Shown: piece after piece, positions 19,584-29,602 of the stretch | How the letters are laid out: each line of letters starts with the position of its first letter | How positions within the stretch are numbered: the stretch's first letter is position 1 | Source of the DNA: an uncultured Planctomycetales bacterium | GTDB lineage: Bacteria; Omnitrophota; Gorgyraeia; Zapsychrales; JAHFFX01 | Reading direction: 5' to 3' | Assembly: GCA_964612665.1 (NCBI GenBank) | Contig: CAZTCI010000001.1 | Coordinates: forward strand, 316,896 to 380,895 | DNA length: 64,000 nt | Translations under genes and position numbers: made by a program | The notes under the pieces: generated by a model | The model's database searches: none | Told to the model about the DNA's origin: nothing | Seen by the model: the letters and a program-made list of their open reading frames with translations, nothing else

Positions 19584-22106
19584 CTAGAATCCCCTGCTCA
19601 CACTAAAATAAAATTTACCGGATCGGGAATCTTCGCCGGGTTCGTCATTAAGCGGATAACCATAATCCAAATTAATTGGACCAATCGGCGTTTTAACTCT
19701 TAAACCGATACCCGCACCGGATTTTAATCCGCCTGACGCGAAATCTCGGACCTTGGACCATACGTTTCCAGTATCGATAAATGTCGCGAACTTTAAGAAA
19801 TCAATAAGCGGAATCGTATATTCCAAATTCCCGATGAGCATACTTTCCCCGCCGATAGGATCGTTGCTAACGGCATCAATCGGCCCGACTTTGCGTTCAT
19901 TATAACCGCGGATAGTCGTTGCGCCGCCGGCAAAGAACCGTTCAAAAATGGGAACGCCATCGGTGTTACCGTAGGCTTTGGCAAAACCGGTACGCAAACT
20001 CACTTCTAAAACAGAACCAAAATTAAGCGGCAAATCATAACTGGCTTTATTAAATAACCGCAAGAAATCTTTATCGCCGCCCAAGATTCCGCCAGCCACA
20101 TCCGCCGTACCGGTTAACAAGAGTCCGTGCGTCGGATTATAAATACTATCCCGCGTATCCCGTGTCAATGAAAAACTTGTACTGCTAACCGTATTCTGCC
20201 CTTCTTCTTTGGCCAAATCGGCCGAGACACCGCTTTCTAAATTACCAATCTTGATATTTTCTAGACGGTAAGTCAGCCCCGTTGACCAATACTCAGAAAT
20301 TTCTTTTCCAAAACGAACATCACCACCGACGCGTCGCTCATCATAAGCATAACCGACGTCACGTTCGCGTTTATGTTCCGTGCGGTACGCATCAAAGCCT
20401 CCTGAAATCGGATAATCAAAGAGCCATGGCTCGGTAAAACTTAACTGCATGTTATTACGGAATGAACCGGTCTCCGCGCGGATTTGCAAATTCTGTCCGC
20501 CACCCGTAAAGGTCGGCCAATTTGTAAAATCAAAATTCTTTTGTTCAATTTCCACAAACCCTACAATCTGATCGATCGTTGAATATCCGCCGCCGAAACT
20601 TAGGCTTCCTGTTTTCGCTTCTTTAACTTGTACAACCAGATTTTTGCGGTCTGGCGTGTCGGTATCTTCAATATCATAACTAACATCTTCAAAATATCCG
20701 AGATTCTTTAAGCGTTCCTTGCTGCGGCGCAATTTGGCACCATCAAACTGGTCACCAGGATACAAACGAATTTCTCGTCGGATAACGATGTCGCGGGTGC
20801 GGGTATTACCTTGGATCTTGACCTGTTCGACATAAGCCAAATTACCTTCGGCGATATCCAAACGAACTTCGACCCGGCCGGTTTGCGGATTAAGTGATGT
20901 CGATTCTCGGACATCAGCAAAAATATAACCTTTATCAAAATAAGCCGTGCGGATATTGGCTATATCAGTATCTAATTTATCGCGGCTAAAAACATTCCCG
21001 ACTTTAATAGAGGTCATAACATTTAAAACTTCATGAGTGCTTAAAACTTTATTGCCATTGACCACAATATTACCAACATAATAACGCTTACCTTCTTCAA
21101 CCGTAATATTCACAATCACTCGGCCCTGGGCGGCCAATCGTTCAAGTGCATAACTTGCCTTGGCGTCGATATAGCCTTCTTTTTCATAGAAGGACACAAT
21201 ACGATCCATGTCTTCCTGCAAAATTTCTTCTTTCAAAAAGCCTGAGTTGAAAATCCATTTAGGACGAGTTTTGATAACACGGATGATTCGCTTGTCGGGA
21301 AAAGCGGCATTTCCATAAACGTTAATCCGTTGAACCTGAATCCGGCGGCCTTCTTCAATCACAAAATGCAAACTGGCTTTATTGGTGACTTCGTCGACAA
21401 ATGTTTCAACATCAATCTTCGCTGATGTCAAACCTTTCTTGGCATATAAATCTTCCATCGTTTTGATGTCATCTTTTAAAACTTTGTTGTCTAAAAATTT
21501 GCCGACTTTGGTTTTAATTTTATTTAAAAGAAAACGTGAATTGTAATATCGGGTTTTAGAAAAGGTGATTTCTTCAATGATCGGTTTCTCAGTCAAATAA
21601 ATAATCACTTTGAAGCCACCTTGGTAATCTTTGCGGTCAACGCTGACATCGGAAAAATAACCAGTGTTATAAAGGCGCTTGATATCATCGCTGATGACAT
21701 TTTGCAGATATTCCTGGCCGACGCGGATTTTGATTTTTGAAAGAATGGTTGGAAGACCGATTGTTTTATTTCCTTGAACCTCGATCGACTTGACCATTTT
21801 ACGTTCTTGTGGAGAAGTAGACGTGGAAGCAGTTTCAGAAGATGTTTTTTCTACGTCTGCGGTTAAACTGGAAGACGCTTTAGAAGCGGATGATGTCGAT
21901 GTCGAAGAGCTTTCAGTCGACGAAGTGCTTTGTAATGAAGCCGTTGTGGTTGATTTTTGTTCGGCGGAAACTTCTTGATTGGCTTGAATTTGGGTGTTTT
22001 TTTGAGTCTCGGAAGAAGGCGTCGATTCTTCGGCCAAAGTCACGACGGACAAACTTAAAAACAGAAAATAAATTGTCAAAAAAAACCTAAAATGAAATTT
22101 AAACAT
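19584..22106 (-). CDS. bamA: outer membrane protein assembly factor BamA
   Basis: POTRA repeats plus a C-terminal 16-strand beta-barrel ending in an aromatic residue (…FYFSVSRGF). The start is set at the internal Met (MFKFHFRFFL, signal peptide), because the longer ORF would overlap dnaB. An N-terminal serine/threonine-rich linker is present. Confidence 0.9.
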   Translation of the reverse strand: MFKFHFRFFLTIYFLFLSLSVVTLAEESTPSSETQKNTQIQANQEVSAEQKSTTTASLQSTSSTESSSTSTSSASKASSSLTADVEKTSSETASTSTSPQERKMVKSIEVQGNKTIGLPTILSKIKIRVGQEYLQNVISDDIKRLYNTGYFSDVSVDRKDYQGGFKVIIYLTEKPIIEEITFSKTRYYNSRFLLNKIKTKVGKFLDNKVLKDDIKTMEDLYAKKGLTSAKIDVETFVDEVTNKASLHFVIEEGRRIQVQRINVYGNAAFPDKRIIRVIKTRPKWIFNSGFLKEEILQEDMDRIVSFYEKEGYIDAKASYALERLAAQGRVIVNITVEEGKRYYVGNIVVNGNKVLSTHEVLNVMTSIKVGNVFSRDKLDTDIANIRTAYFDKGYIFADVRESTSLNPQTGRVEVRLDIAEGNLAYVEQVKIQGNTRTRDIVIRREIRLYPGDQFDGAKLRRSKERLKNLGYFEDVSYDIEDTDTPDRKNLVVQVKEAKTGSLSFGGGYSTIDQIVGFVEIEQKNFDFTNWPTFTGGGQNLQIRAETGSFRNNMQLSFTEPWLFDYPISGGFDAYRTEHKRERDVGYAYDERRVGGDVRFGKEISEYWSTGLTYRLENIKIGNLESGVSADLAKEEGQNTVSSTSFSLTRDTRDSIYNPTHGLLLTGTADVAGGILGGDKDFLRLFNKASYDLPLNFGSVLEVSLRTGFAKAYGNTDGVPIFERFFAGGATTIRGYNERKVGPIDAVSNDPIGGESMLIGNLEYTIPLIDFLKFATFIDTGNVWSKVRDFASGGLKSGAGIGLRVKTPIGPINLDYGYPLNDEPGEDSRSGKFYFSVSRGF

Positions 22107-22137
22107 GAGGTGATTATAGGGGCATTGTTTTGGCATG

Positions 22138-23469
22138 TCAATCAACTTGTGCAAGATTTTCAAAGCGTACAAATTCTTTTCGGAAAACAAGTTTAACGGT
22201 GCCCACTGGACCGTTGCGCTGTTTGGCCACAATAACCTCGGCGAGACCTTTGTTTTCTTCGGTTGGCATATAATATTCTTCGCGCATTAAAAGGACAACG
22301 ACATCGGCATCTTGTTCAATCGCACCGGATTCTCGCAAATCGGATAATTGCGGGCGATGGTCTTGACGACTTTCAACCGCACGTGATAACTGGCTGATCG
22401 CAATAATTGGAAGTTCCAACTCACGCGCGAGCGCTTTTAAAGAACGTGAAATTTCTGAAATCTCCTGCTGGCGGCTTTCTACTTTTGATGAACTGCGCAT
22501 CAGCTGAAGATAATCTAAAACAATCAATTGAATGTCGTGCGCGGCTTTAAGACGACGGGCTTTGGCCCGGAGTTCAAGAATGGAAATCGCTGGTGTGTCG
22601 TCAATAAAAATCGGCGCGTTTGACAATTTTCCGGCGGCGGCCGTCAAGTGCGGCCAGTCCGACGGAGAAAGAAACCCAGATCGGACCTTATGCGCGTCCA
22701 CACGCGCGTGTGAGCAGAGCATGCGTTGAACCAATTGTTCTTTGGACATTTCGAGACTAAAAAAAGCCACCGGAGTTTTTTTAGCAATGGCTGGATATTC
22801 CGCCATGCCGGCGGCTAAAGCGCTTTTGCCCATTGAAGGCCGCCCGGCGACAATTATAAGATCAGCCTTTTGCAAACCGGACGTCATTTTGTCAAATTCA
22901 AGAAACCCCGTCGGGACTCCGGTGATATATTCTTTGCGTTGATACAGTTGATCAATCGTCGCGATCGTTCCTTTAACGATTTCTTTGATGTGAACGGATT
23001 TTTGTTTTTGGCGGGCGGTGGCGATTTCGAAAATGAGTTTTTCAGCGGAATCAACCAGTTCATCGACATTAACACCGGCTTCGAAACTAGCACTTACAAT
23101 TTCCGTCGCATTTCTAATCAGCTGGCGCTGAATGCTTTTTTCTTTGACAATGTTGGCGTAGTATTCAACATTGGCCGCGGTTGGAACCATGTCGACTAAT
23201 CGCGTCAAATAAGCGACGCCGCCGATCTGTTCCAAAACACCCTGGCTTTTCAGCTGGTCCGAAAGGGTAATTAAATCAACATTTTTTTGATTGTTATAAA
23301 GTTCAATAACAGCTTGGAAGATACGGCGGTGAGGATCTTCGTAAAAAGCGGAATTGTCTAAGATTTCAACGGCTGAACCGATGGCTTCTTCGGAGATAAG
23401 CATAGCACCGAGGACCGATTGCTCGGCCTCGGTATTTTGCGGGGGAATTTTTACTTCTTGGTTACCCAT
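22138..23469 (-). CDS. dnaB: replicative DNA helicase DnaB
   Basis: 443 aa with an N-terminal DnaB domain and a RecA-like C-terminal domain (Walker A GRPSMGKSA, LDYLQLM). Confidence 0.95.
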   Translation of the reverse strand: MGNQEVKIPPQNTEAEQSVLGAMLISEEAIGSAVEILDNSAFYEDPHRRIFQAVIELYNNQKNVDLITLSDQLKSQGVLEQIGGVAYLTRLVDMVPTAANVEYYANIVKEKSIQRQLIRNATEIVSASFEAGVNVDELVDSAEKLIFEIATARQKQKSVHIKEIVKGTIATIDQLYQRKEYITGVPTGFLEFDKMTSGLQKADLIIVAGRPSMGKSALAAGMAEYPAIAKKTPVAFFSLEMSKEQLVQRMLCSHARVDAHKVRSGFLSPSDWPHLTAAAGKLSNAPIFIDDTPAISILELRAKARRLKAAHDIQLIVLDYLQLMRSSSKVESRQQEISEISRSLKALARELELPIIAISQLSRAVESRQDHRPQLSDLRESGAIEQDADVVVLLMREEYYMPTEENKGLAEVIVAKQRNGPVGTVKLVFRKEFVRFENLAQVD

Positions 23470-23894
23470 ACTCTGACTTTGGCGGTCACGCCAGGGTAGA
23501 GCTTAACGCCGACATCAAAGATGCCTAACTCGGTAATGGGTTTTTCTAAAATGATATTCTTTTTATCGATGGTGTAACCTTCAACTTCTAACGCCTTAAT
23601 GATGTCAGCTTCGGTAACCGAACCATAAAGCTTTTCGATGTCGTTAACTTCAACTGCGACGGTGCAAGAAATCTTGCTTAATTTTTCGGCCAAGGCCTCG
23701 GCGGCTTCTTTGCTTTTAGCTTCTTCGGCCGCTCTTTTGACCCGCTGCTGTTCAATCCGTCTAACATTACCCGGTGTCGCCCCGTATGCTAATTGCTGAG
23801 GGAAAAGAAAATTCCGGGCAAAACCTTCTTTAACTTTAACGACATCGCCTGTCTTTCCTAATTTTTCAACGTCTTTGGCTAAGATAACTTTCAT
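23451..23894 (-). CDS. rplI: 50S ribosomal protein L9
   Basis: 147 aa with L9 N-terminal and C-terminal domains (MKVILAKDVEKLGKTGDVVKVKEGFARNFL). Confidence 0.9.
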   Translation of the reverse strand: MKVILAKDVEKLGKTGDVVKVKEGFARNFLFPQQLAYGATPGNVRRIEQQRVKRAAEEAKSKEAAEALAEKLSKISCTVAVEVNDIEKLYGSVTEADIIKALEVEGYTIDKKNIILEKPITELGIFDVGVKLYPGVTAKVRVWVTKK

Positions 23895-23896
23895 AA

Positions 23897-24196
23897 TTAC
23901 TTCCTTTTCACTCCTACTGGTAACAATCCTAAAAATCTGGCGGACTTAATCGCTTGCGCCAGTTCTCTTTGCCTTTTTGCAGAGACGCCGCTTAAACGGC
24001 GCGAAACAATCTTGCCGCGGTCGGTCACATATTTCTGCAGCAAGGTAATGTTTTTGTAATCAATTTTAATGTTTTCAGCCAGTTGATACCGCGTAGATTT
24101 GGCTGAAGGGCCTTCCCGACGGGGCGAACGTTTGAACTTACCTGATGCTGCATTACCCCGCCCATGACTTCCTGTCCTTCTTTCATTCGTGAACAA
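23897..24196 (-). CDS. rpsR: 30S ribosomal protein S18
   Basis: S18 core ([49 protein letters not shown]). Confidence 0.9.
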   Translation of the reverse strand: MFTNERRTGSHGRGNAASGKFKRSPRREGPSAKSTRYQLAENIKIDYKNITLLQKYVTDRGKIVSRRLSGVSAKRQRELAQAIKSARFLGLLPVGVKRK

Positions 24197-24209
24197 AGTA
24201 ATCCTCCTT

Positions 24210-24662
24210 TTATTCTTCCCAAGCTACATCTTCTAACTTAATATCCTCAGCCGAAATCGGTCCGGATACCGATTCAGGAGATTCTTCAGTCTGACCGCCA
24301 CCAGAACCACCGCTGTGCGCCTGATCGCCGCGATTGGTTCCGAGAAATTGAATCCGTTCAGCCCTGACTTCGATCATTGACCGTTTTTGACCGTCGGGAG
24401 TTTCCCAAGAACGGGATTGTAAACGGCCTTCAACAAAAATCGGGCGGCCTTTTTTCAAAAATTGGTTACAGGTTTCAGCCAGCTTATCCCAAGCCGCCAC
24501 ATTAACAAAGCAAGTATCTTCTTTAACTTCACCGCTTTTATCTTTGTAACGGCGGTTAACCGCAATTCTCAAATTAGCCACGGCCACACCGCTGGGCGTA
24601 TATCGCAATTCAGGATCTTTTGTTAAATTTCCGATGAGTAAAACTTTATTTAAACTCGCCAT
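24210..24662 (-). CDS. ssb: single-stranded DNA-binding protein
   Basis: OB fold ([25 protein letters not shown]) with a Gly-rich, acidic C-terminal tail. Sits between rpsF and rpsR. Confidence 0.9.
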   Translation of the reverse strand: MASLNKVLLIGNLTKDPELRYTPSGVAVANLRIAVNRRYKDKSGEVKEDTCFVNVAAWDKLAETCNQFLKKGRPIFVEGRLQSRSWETPDGQKRSMIEVRAERIQFLGTNRGDQAHSGGSGGGQTEESPESVSGPISAEDIKLEDVAWEE

Positions 24663-24778
24663 AATCTCATGCCTCCTTCCAACGCGTTGACGCATTACTG
24701 CTAAAATCAACCTCGTTTGTCTTTGTCATAAATTTTGTGGGGCGTCTCCGACAGGCAGAGACGCCCCACAAAATTAAA

Positions 24779-25069
24779 CTATTCAAGCTTTAAAATCATA
24801 AACCGCAATATTTCTTCATTAATACGTAACACTTCCTTAATTTTAGCAACCACAATAGATGCACCATCAAAGTTCACTTGAAAATAGGTTCCTTCATTCT
24901 TTTTTTTGATGTTAAAAAACATTTTATGTTTATCTAACCACACCTGAGCGTTGGTGACTTTGCCACCGCCTTTGGCGACACTATCGGTTATTTGTTTGAG
25001 GACTTCATCTTTTTCTCCTTGAGCCTTGTGCGCATCCACAATGGCCACTAATTCGTATTTATTCATCAC
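24779..25069 (-). CDS. rpsF: 30S ribosomal protein S6
   Basis: 96 aa S6 fold (YELVAIVDAH...). Lies in the rpsF-ssb-rpsR-rplI arrangement. Confidence 0.9.
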   Translation of the reverse strand: MMNKYELVAIVDAHKAQGEKDEVLKQITDSVAKGGGKVTNAQVWLDKHKMFFNIKKKNEGTYFQVNFDGASIVVAKIKEVLRINEEILRFMILKLE

Positions 25070-25646
25070 CGTTCCTTTTGTTGAATTGATTCATGGCTTT
25101 ATTGATTCCTTCGCTGAGCCAACTGACTGTACATGCTGCAGCGCTTTCAACCACTGCGCCTAACTGTTTTCCCTCTTCGTTTGTAAATTTTCCTAAAACA
25201 AAATTAACTGTATTTTCTTTTTGTTTCGCCTGGCCAATACCGACACGCAGCCGTGGAAAATTTTCTGTTTTTAACTGCTCAATAATAGACGTTAAACCAT
25301 TATGGCCGCCGTCTTTGCCGTGGGGCCGAAGACGAAGCTGTCCAAAATCAAGATGTAAATCATCACAAATGATTAATATATTTTCTAACGGAATTTCTTT
25401 TTGGGCAATGACTGATTTAACCGCAAGTCCGGATAGATTAACAAAGGTTAAAGGTTTAAGTAAATAAACCTCTTGACTTTTTATTTTACCTTCCGCAGTG
25501 AGTCCTTGCACCGACGAACTTTGTTTAAACCTTAATCCTGTCTTTTGGCCAATCTCATCTAAAATAAGAAATCCCAAATTATGCCGCGTATATGTATAAT
25601 CATCTCCAGGATTTCCTAGACCAACAATTAATCGCGTTTCTGACAA
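25059..25646 (-). CDS. pth: peptidyl-tRNA hydrolase
   Basis: N-terminal LIVGLGNPGDDYTYTRHNLGF motif of the Pth family. Confidence 0.9.
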   Translation of the reverse strand: MSETRLIVGLGNPGDDYTYTRHNLGFLILDEIGQKTGLRFKQSSSVQGLTAEGKIKSQEVYLLKPLTFVNLSGLAVKSVIAQKEIPLENILIICDDLHLDFGQLRLRPHGKDGGHNGLTSIIEQLKTENFPRLRVGIGQAKQKENTVNFVLGKFTNEEGKQLGAVVESAAACTVSWLSEGINKAMNQFNKRNGDE

Positions 25647-25745
25647 AGCGTGTCTTCCTTAAAAAAACAAAATACTTCAACTGTGCTTTCCATCTTTTTT
25701 GGTTTTCGTCATTAATGAGACTAAAATAAAAACCTCTTTGATGTC

Positions 25746-26462
25746 TTATTTACCTTCTTTTTTAGATTCCTTTTCCTTGGCCGGTTCTTCCTTCTTACCA
25801 GCGGCGGCAGCTTCGGGTTCTTTCTTCTTTTCTTTAATAACTTCAACTTCCGGGGCTGGGGCGCCTTCAGCTGGTTCTGCGGAAACTTCTTTCATAGGCG
25901 CCGCCACAGTCAACACAATTGTCTCTGGATCATGTTTCGTTGTCACTCCCGGCGGCAACACTAAATCTTTAACATGAATAGCATCGTGGATCTTCAAATG
26001 ACTCACATCGACTTCAATGTGCTGCGGGATTTGAGTCGGCAAACAGGTGACTTCTAATTCCCATAAAACATGCTCCAAAGATCCACCGTCTTTTTTGACA
26101 CCAATGGCTTCGCCTTTGGCTTCGATAGTTACTTTAACAGAAATTTTTTCAGTTAGTGATATGCGTTTGAAATCGACATGAATAATGTCATCGGTGACGG
26201 GATCTTGTTGTAATTCTTGAGTGATGGCGGAATAATCTTTGACTTTCTTTTCGCCATCCATGAGATTGAGATGATAGATAACGTTTTCACCTTTATGCTG
26301 GCGGATTATGCGTTCAAAGGTTTTACGTTCGATTTGAATAGGGGAAGGAGTTTGTTTGCCGCCGTAAACAACCGCTGGGATAAAACTTCCTCGTCGCAAA
26401 ACTTTAATTTTACGGCTGCCAAACTGTTTTCTTAGCTGAACATCTAATTTAATTTCTTCCAT
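25746..26462 (-). CDS. rplY: 50S ribosomal protein L25 / general stress protein Ctc
   Basis: L25 beta-barrel N-terminal domain with a Ctc-type C-terminal extension ending in a lysine-, glutamate- and alanine-rich tail. Confidence 0.85.
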   Translation of the reverse strand: MEEIKLDVQLRKQFGSRKIKVLRRGSFIPAVVYGGKQTPSPIQIERKTFERIIRQHKGENVIYHLNLMDGEKKVKDYSAITQELQQDPVTDDIIHVDFKRISLTEKISVKVTIEAKGEAIGVKKDGGSLEHVLWELEVTCLPTQIPQHIEVDVSHLKIHDAIHVKDLVLPPGVTTKHDPETIVLTVAAPMKEVSAEPAEGAPAPEVEVIKEKKKEPEAAAAGKKEEPAKEKESKKEGK

Positions 26463-26588
26463 TTAATTACCTACCTTCTCTTTCTTTAATGAACACATCA
26501 TTTACCCCGTAAAGGTTATTATGACGGGGTAAATAGAAGCGTGAATTAACCCTGCCGTTTGGCCTCTCAAGGCAGGGGAAAACTTTAC

Positions 26589-27542
26589 TTAACGTCTGAT
26601 CTCATCAAACAAACAGCTGATGGATTCTTCATTATGAATACGTTTCACCGCTTCAGCTAATAAAGAAGCGATGGAAAGCACTTTGATTTTCGGATATTTG
26701 TGGGCGTCTTTTAAGGGAATGCTGTCGGTGATGACAACTTCTTTAAGCGCTTTACATTCATGAATCCGGGATAAGGCATTGCCAGAAAGTATACCATGAC
26801 TTACGGTCGCAAGCACGCTGACGACTCCCTTTTTAGTTAAAGCCTCAGCGGCTTCTATCATTGAACCGCCAGTCGCAATCATATCATCGACGAGAATAGC
26901 AGTTTTTCCCTTAACATTTCCCAGAATATGCATGACTTCAGTTTTCTCAGGGCTCATTCGCCTCTTATCTACAATCGCCAATTCGGCATTTAAACGTTTG
27001 GCATAAGCCCGGCACATTTTAATACCGCCGACATCCGGGGAAACAACAACCATATTTTTTATTTTTTTAGAAGCCAAATAATCGCACAAGGTGTTAATAG
27101 CATACAGATGATCGACGGGAATATCATAAAATCCTTGAATCTGTGCCGCATGTAAATCCATTGTCAAAACGCGGTTTGTTCCGGCGGCCACAATTAGATT
27201 CGCAACAAGTTTGGCTGTGATTGGAACACGCGGTTGATCTTTACGGTCCTGACGCGCGTACCCGTAATAAGGTAAAACAGCTGTGATTCTTTTAGCGGAA
27301 GCTCGTCGGACAGCGTCAACCAAAATTAAAAGCTCCATTAAATTATCATTGACGGGAGGACATGTGGATTGAACAATAAAAACATCCTTGCCGCGGATAT
27401 TTTCTTTGATCTGAACCCTAACCTCTCCTTCGCTAAAACGCCCCACCATAACCTCAGTAGGCGGAACATTAAGATTATCACAGATCGCTTTACATAAATC
27501 AGGATTCGCATTCCCAGAAAGAATACTTAACGACCCATTCAT
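26589..27542 (-). CDS. prs: ribose-phosphate pyrophosphokinase
   Basis: Prs N- and C-terminal domains with the PRPP-binding loop (VLVDDMIATGGS). Confidence 0.95.
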   Translation of the reverse strand: MNGSLSILSGNANPDLCKAICDNLNVPPTEVMVGRFSEGEVRVQIKENIRGKDVFIVQSTCPPVNDNLMELLILVDAVRRASAKRITAVLPYYGYARQDRKDQPRVPITAKLVANLIVAAGTNRVLTMDLHAAQIQGFYDIPVDHLYAINTLCDYLASKKIKNMVVVSPDVGGIKMCRAYAKRLNAELAIVDKRRMSPEKTEVMHILGNVKGKTAILVDDMIATGGSMIEAAEALTKKGVVSVLATVSHGILSGNALSRIHECKALKEVVITDSIPLKDAHKYPKIKVLSIASLLAEAVKRIHNEESISCLFDEIRR

Positions 27543-28804
27543 TTATTTTTTCTCCTTGCCATCACGCGGGCGGGAACGCCCACCGCCATCTCGCCATCCG
27601 GAACATTTTTACCTTTGGTTAAAACTGTACCGGCTCCTGTCACTGCTTTTTTCCCGACTTTAACGGGTGCAATCAAAACTGAATCAGATCCGATAAAAGC
27701 GTCATCTGCAATCGTCGTTATATTTTTATTTTTCCCATCGTAATTAGCGGTAACTGTCCCAGCACCAATATTGACCCGCTCTCCCAATCTGGCATCGCCT
27801 AAAAAACTAAAATGTTTCATAAGAGAATTTTTTCCCATACGCGTCCGGGAAATTTCAGTGAAGTTACCAATTTCAACACCGTCATCAATATAACTTCCAG
27901 GACGAATACGACAAAATGGACCGAGTAAACAGTTGGAACCAATTGTGACATTATTTTCAATGAACGTAAACGGCCGGATAACTGTGTCCTGGCCAATTTT
28001 AGCGTCGGCGGCAATAAATGTCGTCAACGGATCTACAATAGTAATCCCTTGCAACATGAAACGCCGCAAAATCCGTTTACGAATAATTTCTTCGCACAAC
28101 GCTAAATCATCACGCGTATTAACGCCTAATCCTTGCTGATAATCCGGCGTTAAAACTGTTTCAACTTTTAACCCTTCAGCTATCAAAAGATCGACGATGT
28201 CTGTCAGATAAAATTCTTTTTTACGCGGATTCAATTTAATTTTATTAATACTGCGGAATAGCGTTGGCCCATCAAAACAGTAGACACCGACGTTGATTTC
28301 TTGAATAGCTTTTTCAGCATTATGGGCGTCTTTTTCCTCACGAATCGCAGTAACCTGTCCTTGATAATTACGAATAATTCGACCATAACCACTTGGCTGA
28401 GGAACAATTGCTGTTAAAAAAGTAAGTGCGGCCTTAGAGTGACGATGGGTTTTAACAACCTGCCCGACTATTTTACTATCTAATAACGGGGTATCACCTG
28501 ATAAAATAAGAACATCCCTTCGGTAATTCTTAAAATGCGGTGCGCAGGAACGTATAGCATCCGCGGTTCCTAACAATTTTTTTTGAACCACCGTCTGTAT
28601 CGTTTCGGGAAGATACGATTTTACTTCATCACTTTTAAACCCCAAAACAGCATAAATTTTCAAAGAGCCAAGCTTTCTGGCGACTTCAATGACATAATCG
28701 ATAATAGCTTGACCGCAGACAGCATGTAAAACTTTTGGGACCTGCGATTGCATGCGCGTTCCACGACCTGCCGCCAGAATAATCGTTCTTAACTCTTTCA
28801 TCAA
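27539..28804 (-). CDS. glmU: bifunctional GlcNAc-1-phosphate uridyltransferase / glucosamine-1-phosphate acetyltransferase GlmU
   Basis: N-terminal nucleotidyltransferase motif (ILAAGRGTRM) plus a C-terminal hexapeptide-repeat acetyltransferase domain. Confidence 0.9.
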   Translation of the reverse strand: MMKELRTIILAAGRGTRMQSQVPKVLHAVCGQAIIDYVIEVARKLGSLKIYAVLGFKSDEVKSYLPETIQTVVQKKLLGTADAIRSCAPHFKNYRRDVLILSGDTPLLDSKIVGQVVKTHRHSKAALTFLTAIVPQPSGYGRIIRNYQGQVTAIREEKDAHNAEKAIQEINVGVYCFDGPTLFRSINKIKLNPRKKEFYLTDIVDLLIAEGLKVETVLTPDYQQGLGVNTRDDLALCEEIIRKRILRRFMLQGITIVDPLTTFIAADAKIGQDTVIRPFTFIENNVTIGSNCLLGPFCRIRPGSYIDDGVEIGNFTEISRTRMGKNSLMKHFSFLGDARLGERVNIGAGTVTANYDGKNKNITTIADDAFIGSDSVLIAPVKVGKKAVTGAGTVLTKGKNVPDGEMAVGVPARVMARRKNK

Positions 28805-28874
28805 AATATTGTTTAGAAATTTAATTTATCCGTCGGAGTTTAGCGTAGATAGCTAACAAGCTGTGATCTAACCA

Positions 28875-28946
28875 CTGCCCAGCCAGGGCTCGAACCTGGA
28901 AAACGAGATCCAAATTCTCGTGTGTTACCAATTACACCACCGGGCA
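28875..28946 (-). tRNA. tRNA-Gln (anticodon UUG)
   Basis: The minus-strand sequence TGCCCGGTGGTGTAATTGGTAACAC-ACGAGAATTTGGATCTCGT-TTTCCAGGTTCGAGCCCTGGCTGGGCAG folds as a cloverleaf. It has a 7-bp acceptor stem, a D arm with GG, an anticodon stem CGAGA/TCTCG with loop AUUUGGA (anticodon UUG), and a T arm GGTTCGAGCCC. No CCA is encoded. Confidence 0.8.
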
Positions 28947-29162
28947 AAAGAATTTATAAAATGAATCCCAAATCAATTTGTAGATTCATTCCCGTCATAA
29001 AAAATAATCTGCCAGAAGGTTTATACAACGAGGCATACGGCAGGAATCTCACTCTTTGGACTTTCCTTTTTATTGATGAGGGAAAGACCTAACGCCTGTC
29101 TCCGTCGTAGACGGATTGATTTGTTTCCTCATGAAATTAAAAAAGCCAATTAACGAAGTTAA

Positions 29163-29585
29163 TCAACCTTGTGAAAGAGCCGCTTCTTCAGCATCAGAAG
29201 CAGGACCAGTTTTGCCAAGTTCTTTTTTATAGGCTTCTAAAATTTTGTTCTGCACATAATCACGAAACTGTTGCGTGACCGGATGTGCAATATCGCGGTG
29301 TTCAGATTTGGCATCAAGGTCCGTCGGGCTGATTGGTTTATCATCCATGGGTAAAGGCGCCCCACATTGATTACAAAATTTGGCCCCGACTTCATTCTTG
29401 AAACTGCATTTGGTGCACGGTGCTTTTAGCTTTCGTGAAGGCATCGCAATGAATAATCCGTTAGCGCCTTGAATGATTTTAATATTTCTCACCACAAATA
29501 CATTATCGAAAGTCACCGTTGTATAGGCCTTTAATTTTTTGTCCTGGCCTTCCTTAATAAAAACACGAATTTCGGTAATTTCCAT
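29163..29585 (-). CDS. spoVG: SpoVG-family protein with a C-terminal zinc-ribbon extension
   Basis: N-terminal roughly 90 aa SpoVG fold (MEITEIRVFIKEGQDKKLKAYTTVTFDNVFVVRNIKII). It is followed by CxxC...CxxC (CTKCSFKNEVGAKFCNQCG) and an acidic tail. Confidence 0.75.
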   Translation of the reverse strand: MEITEIRVFIKEGQDKKLKAYTTVTFDNVFVVRNIKIIQGANGLFIAMPSRKLKAPCTKCSFKNEVGAKFCNQCGAPLPMDDKPISPTDLDAKSEHRDIAHPVTQQFRDYVQNKILEAYKKELGKTGPASDAEEAALSQG

Positions 29586-29602
29586 GGACGCACGCTCCTT
29601 GT

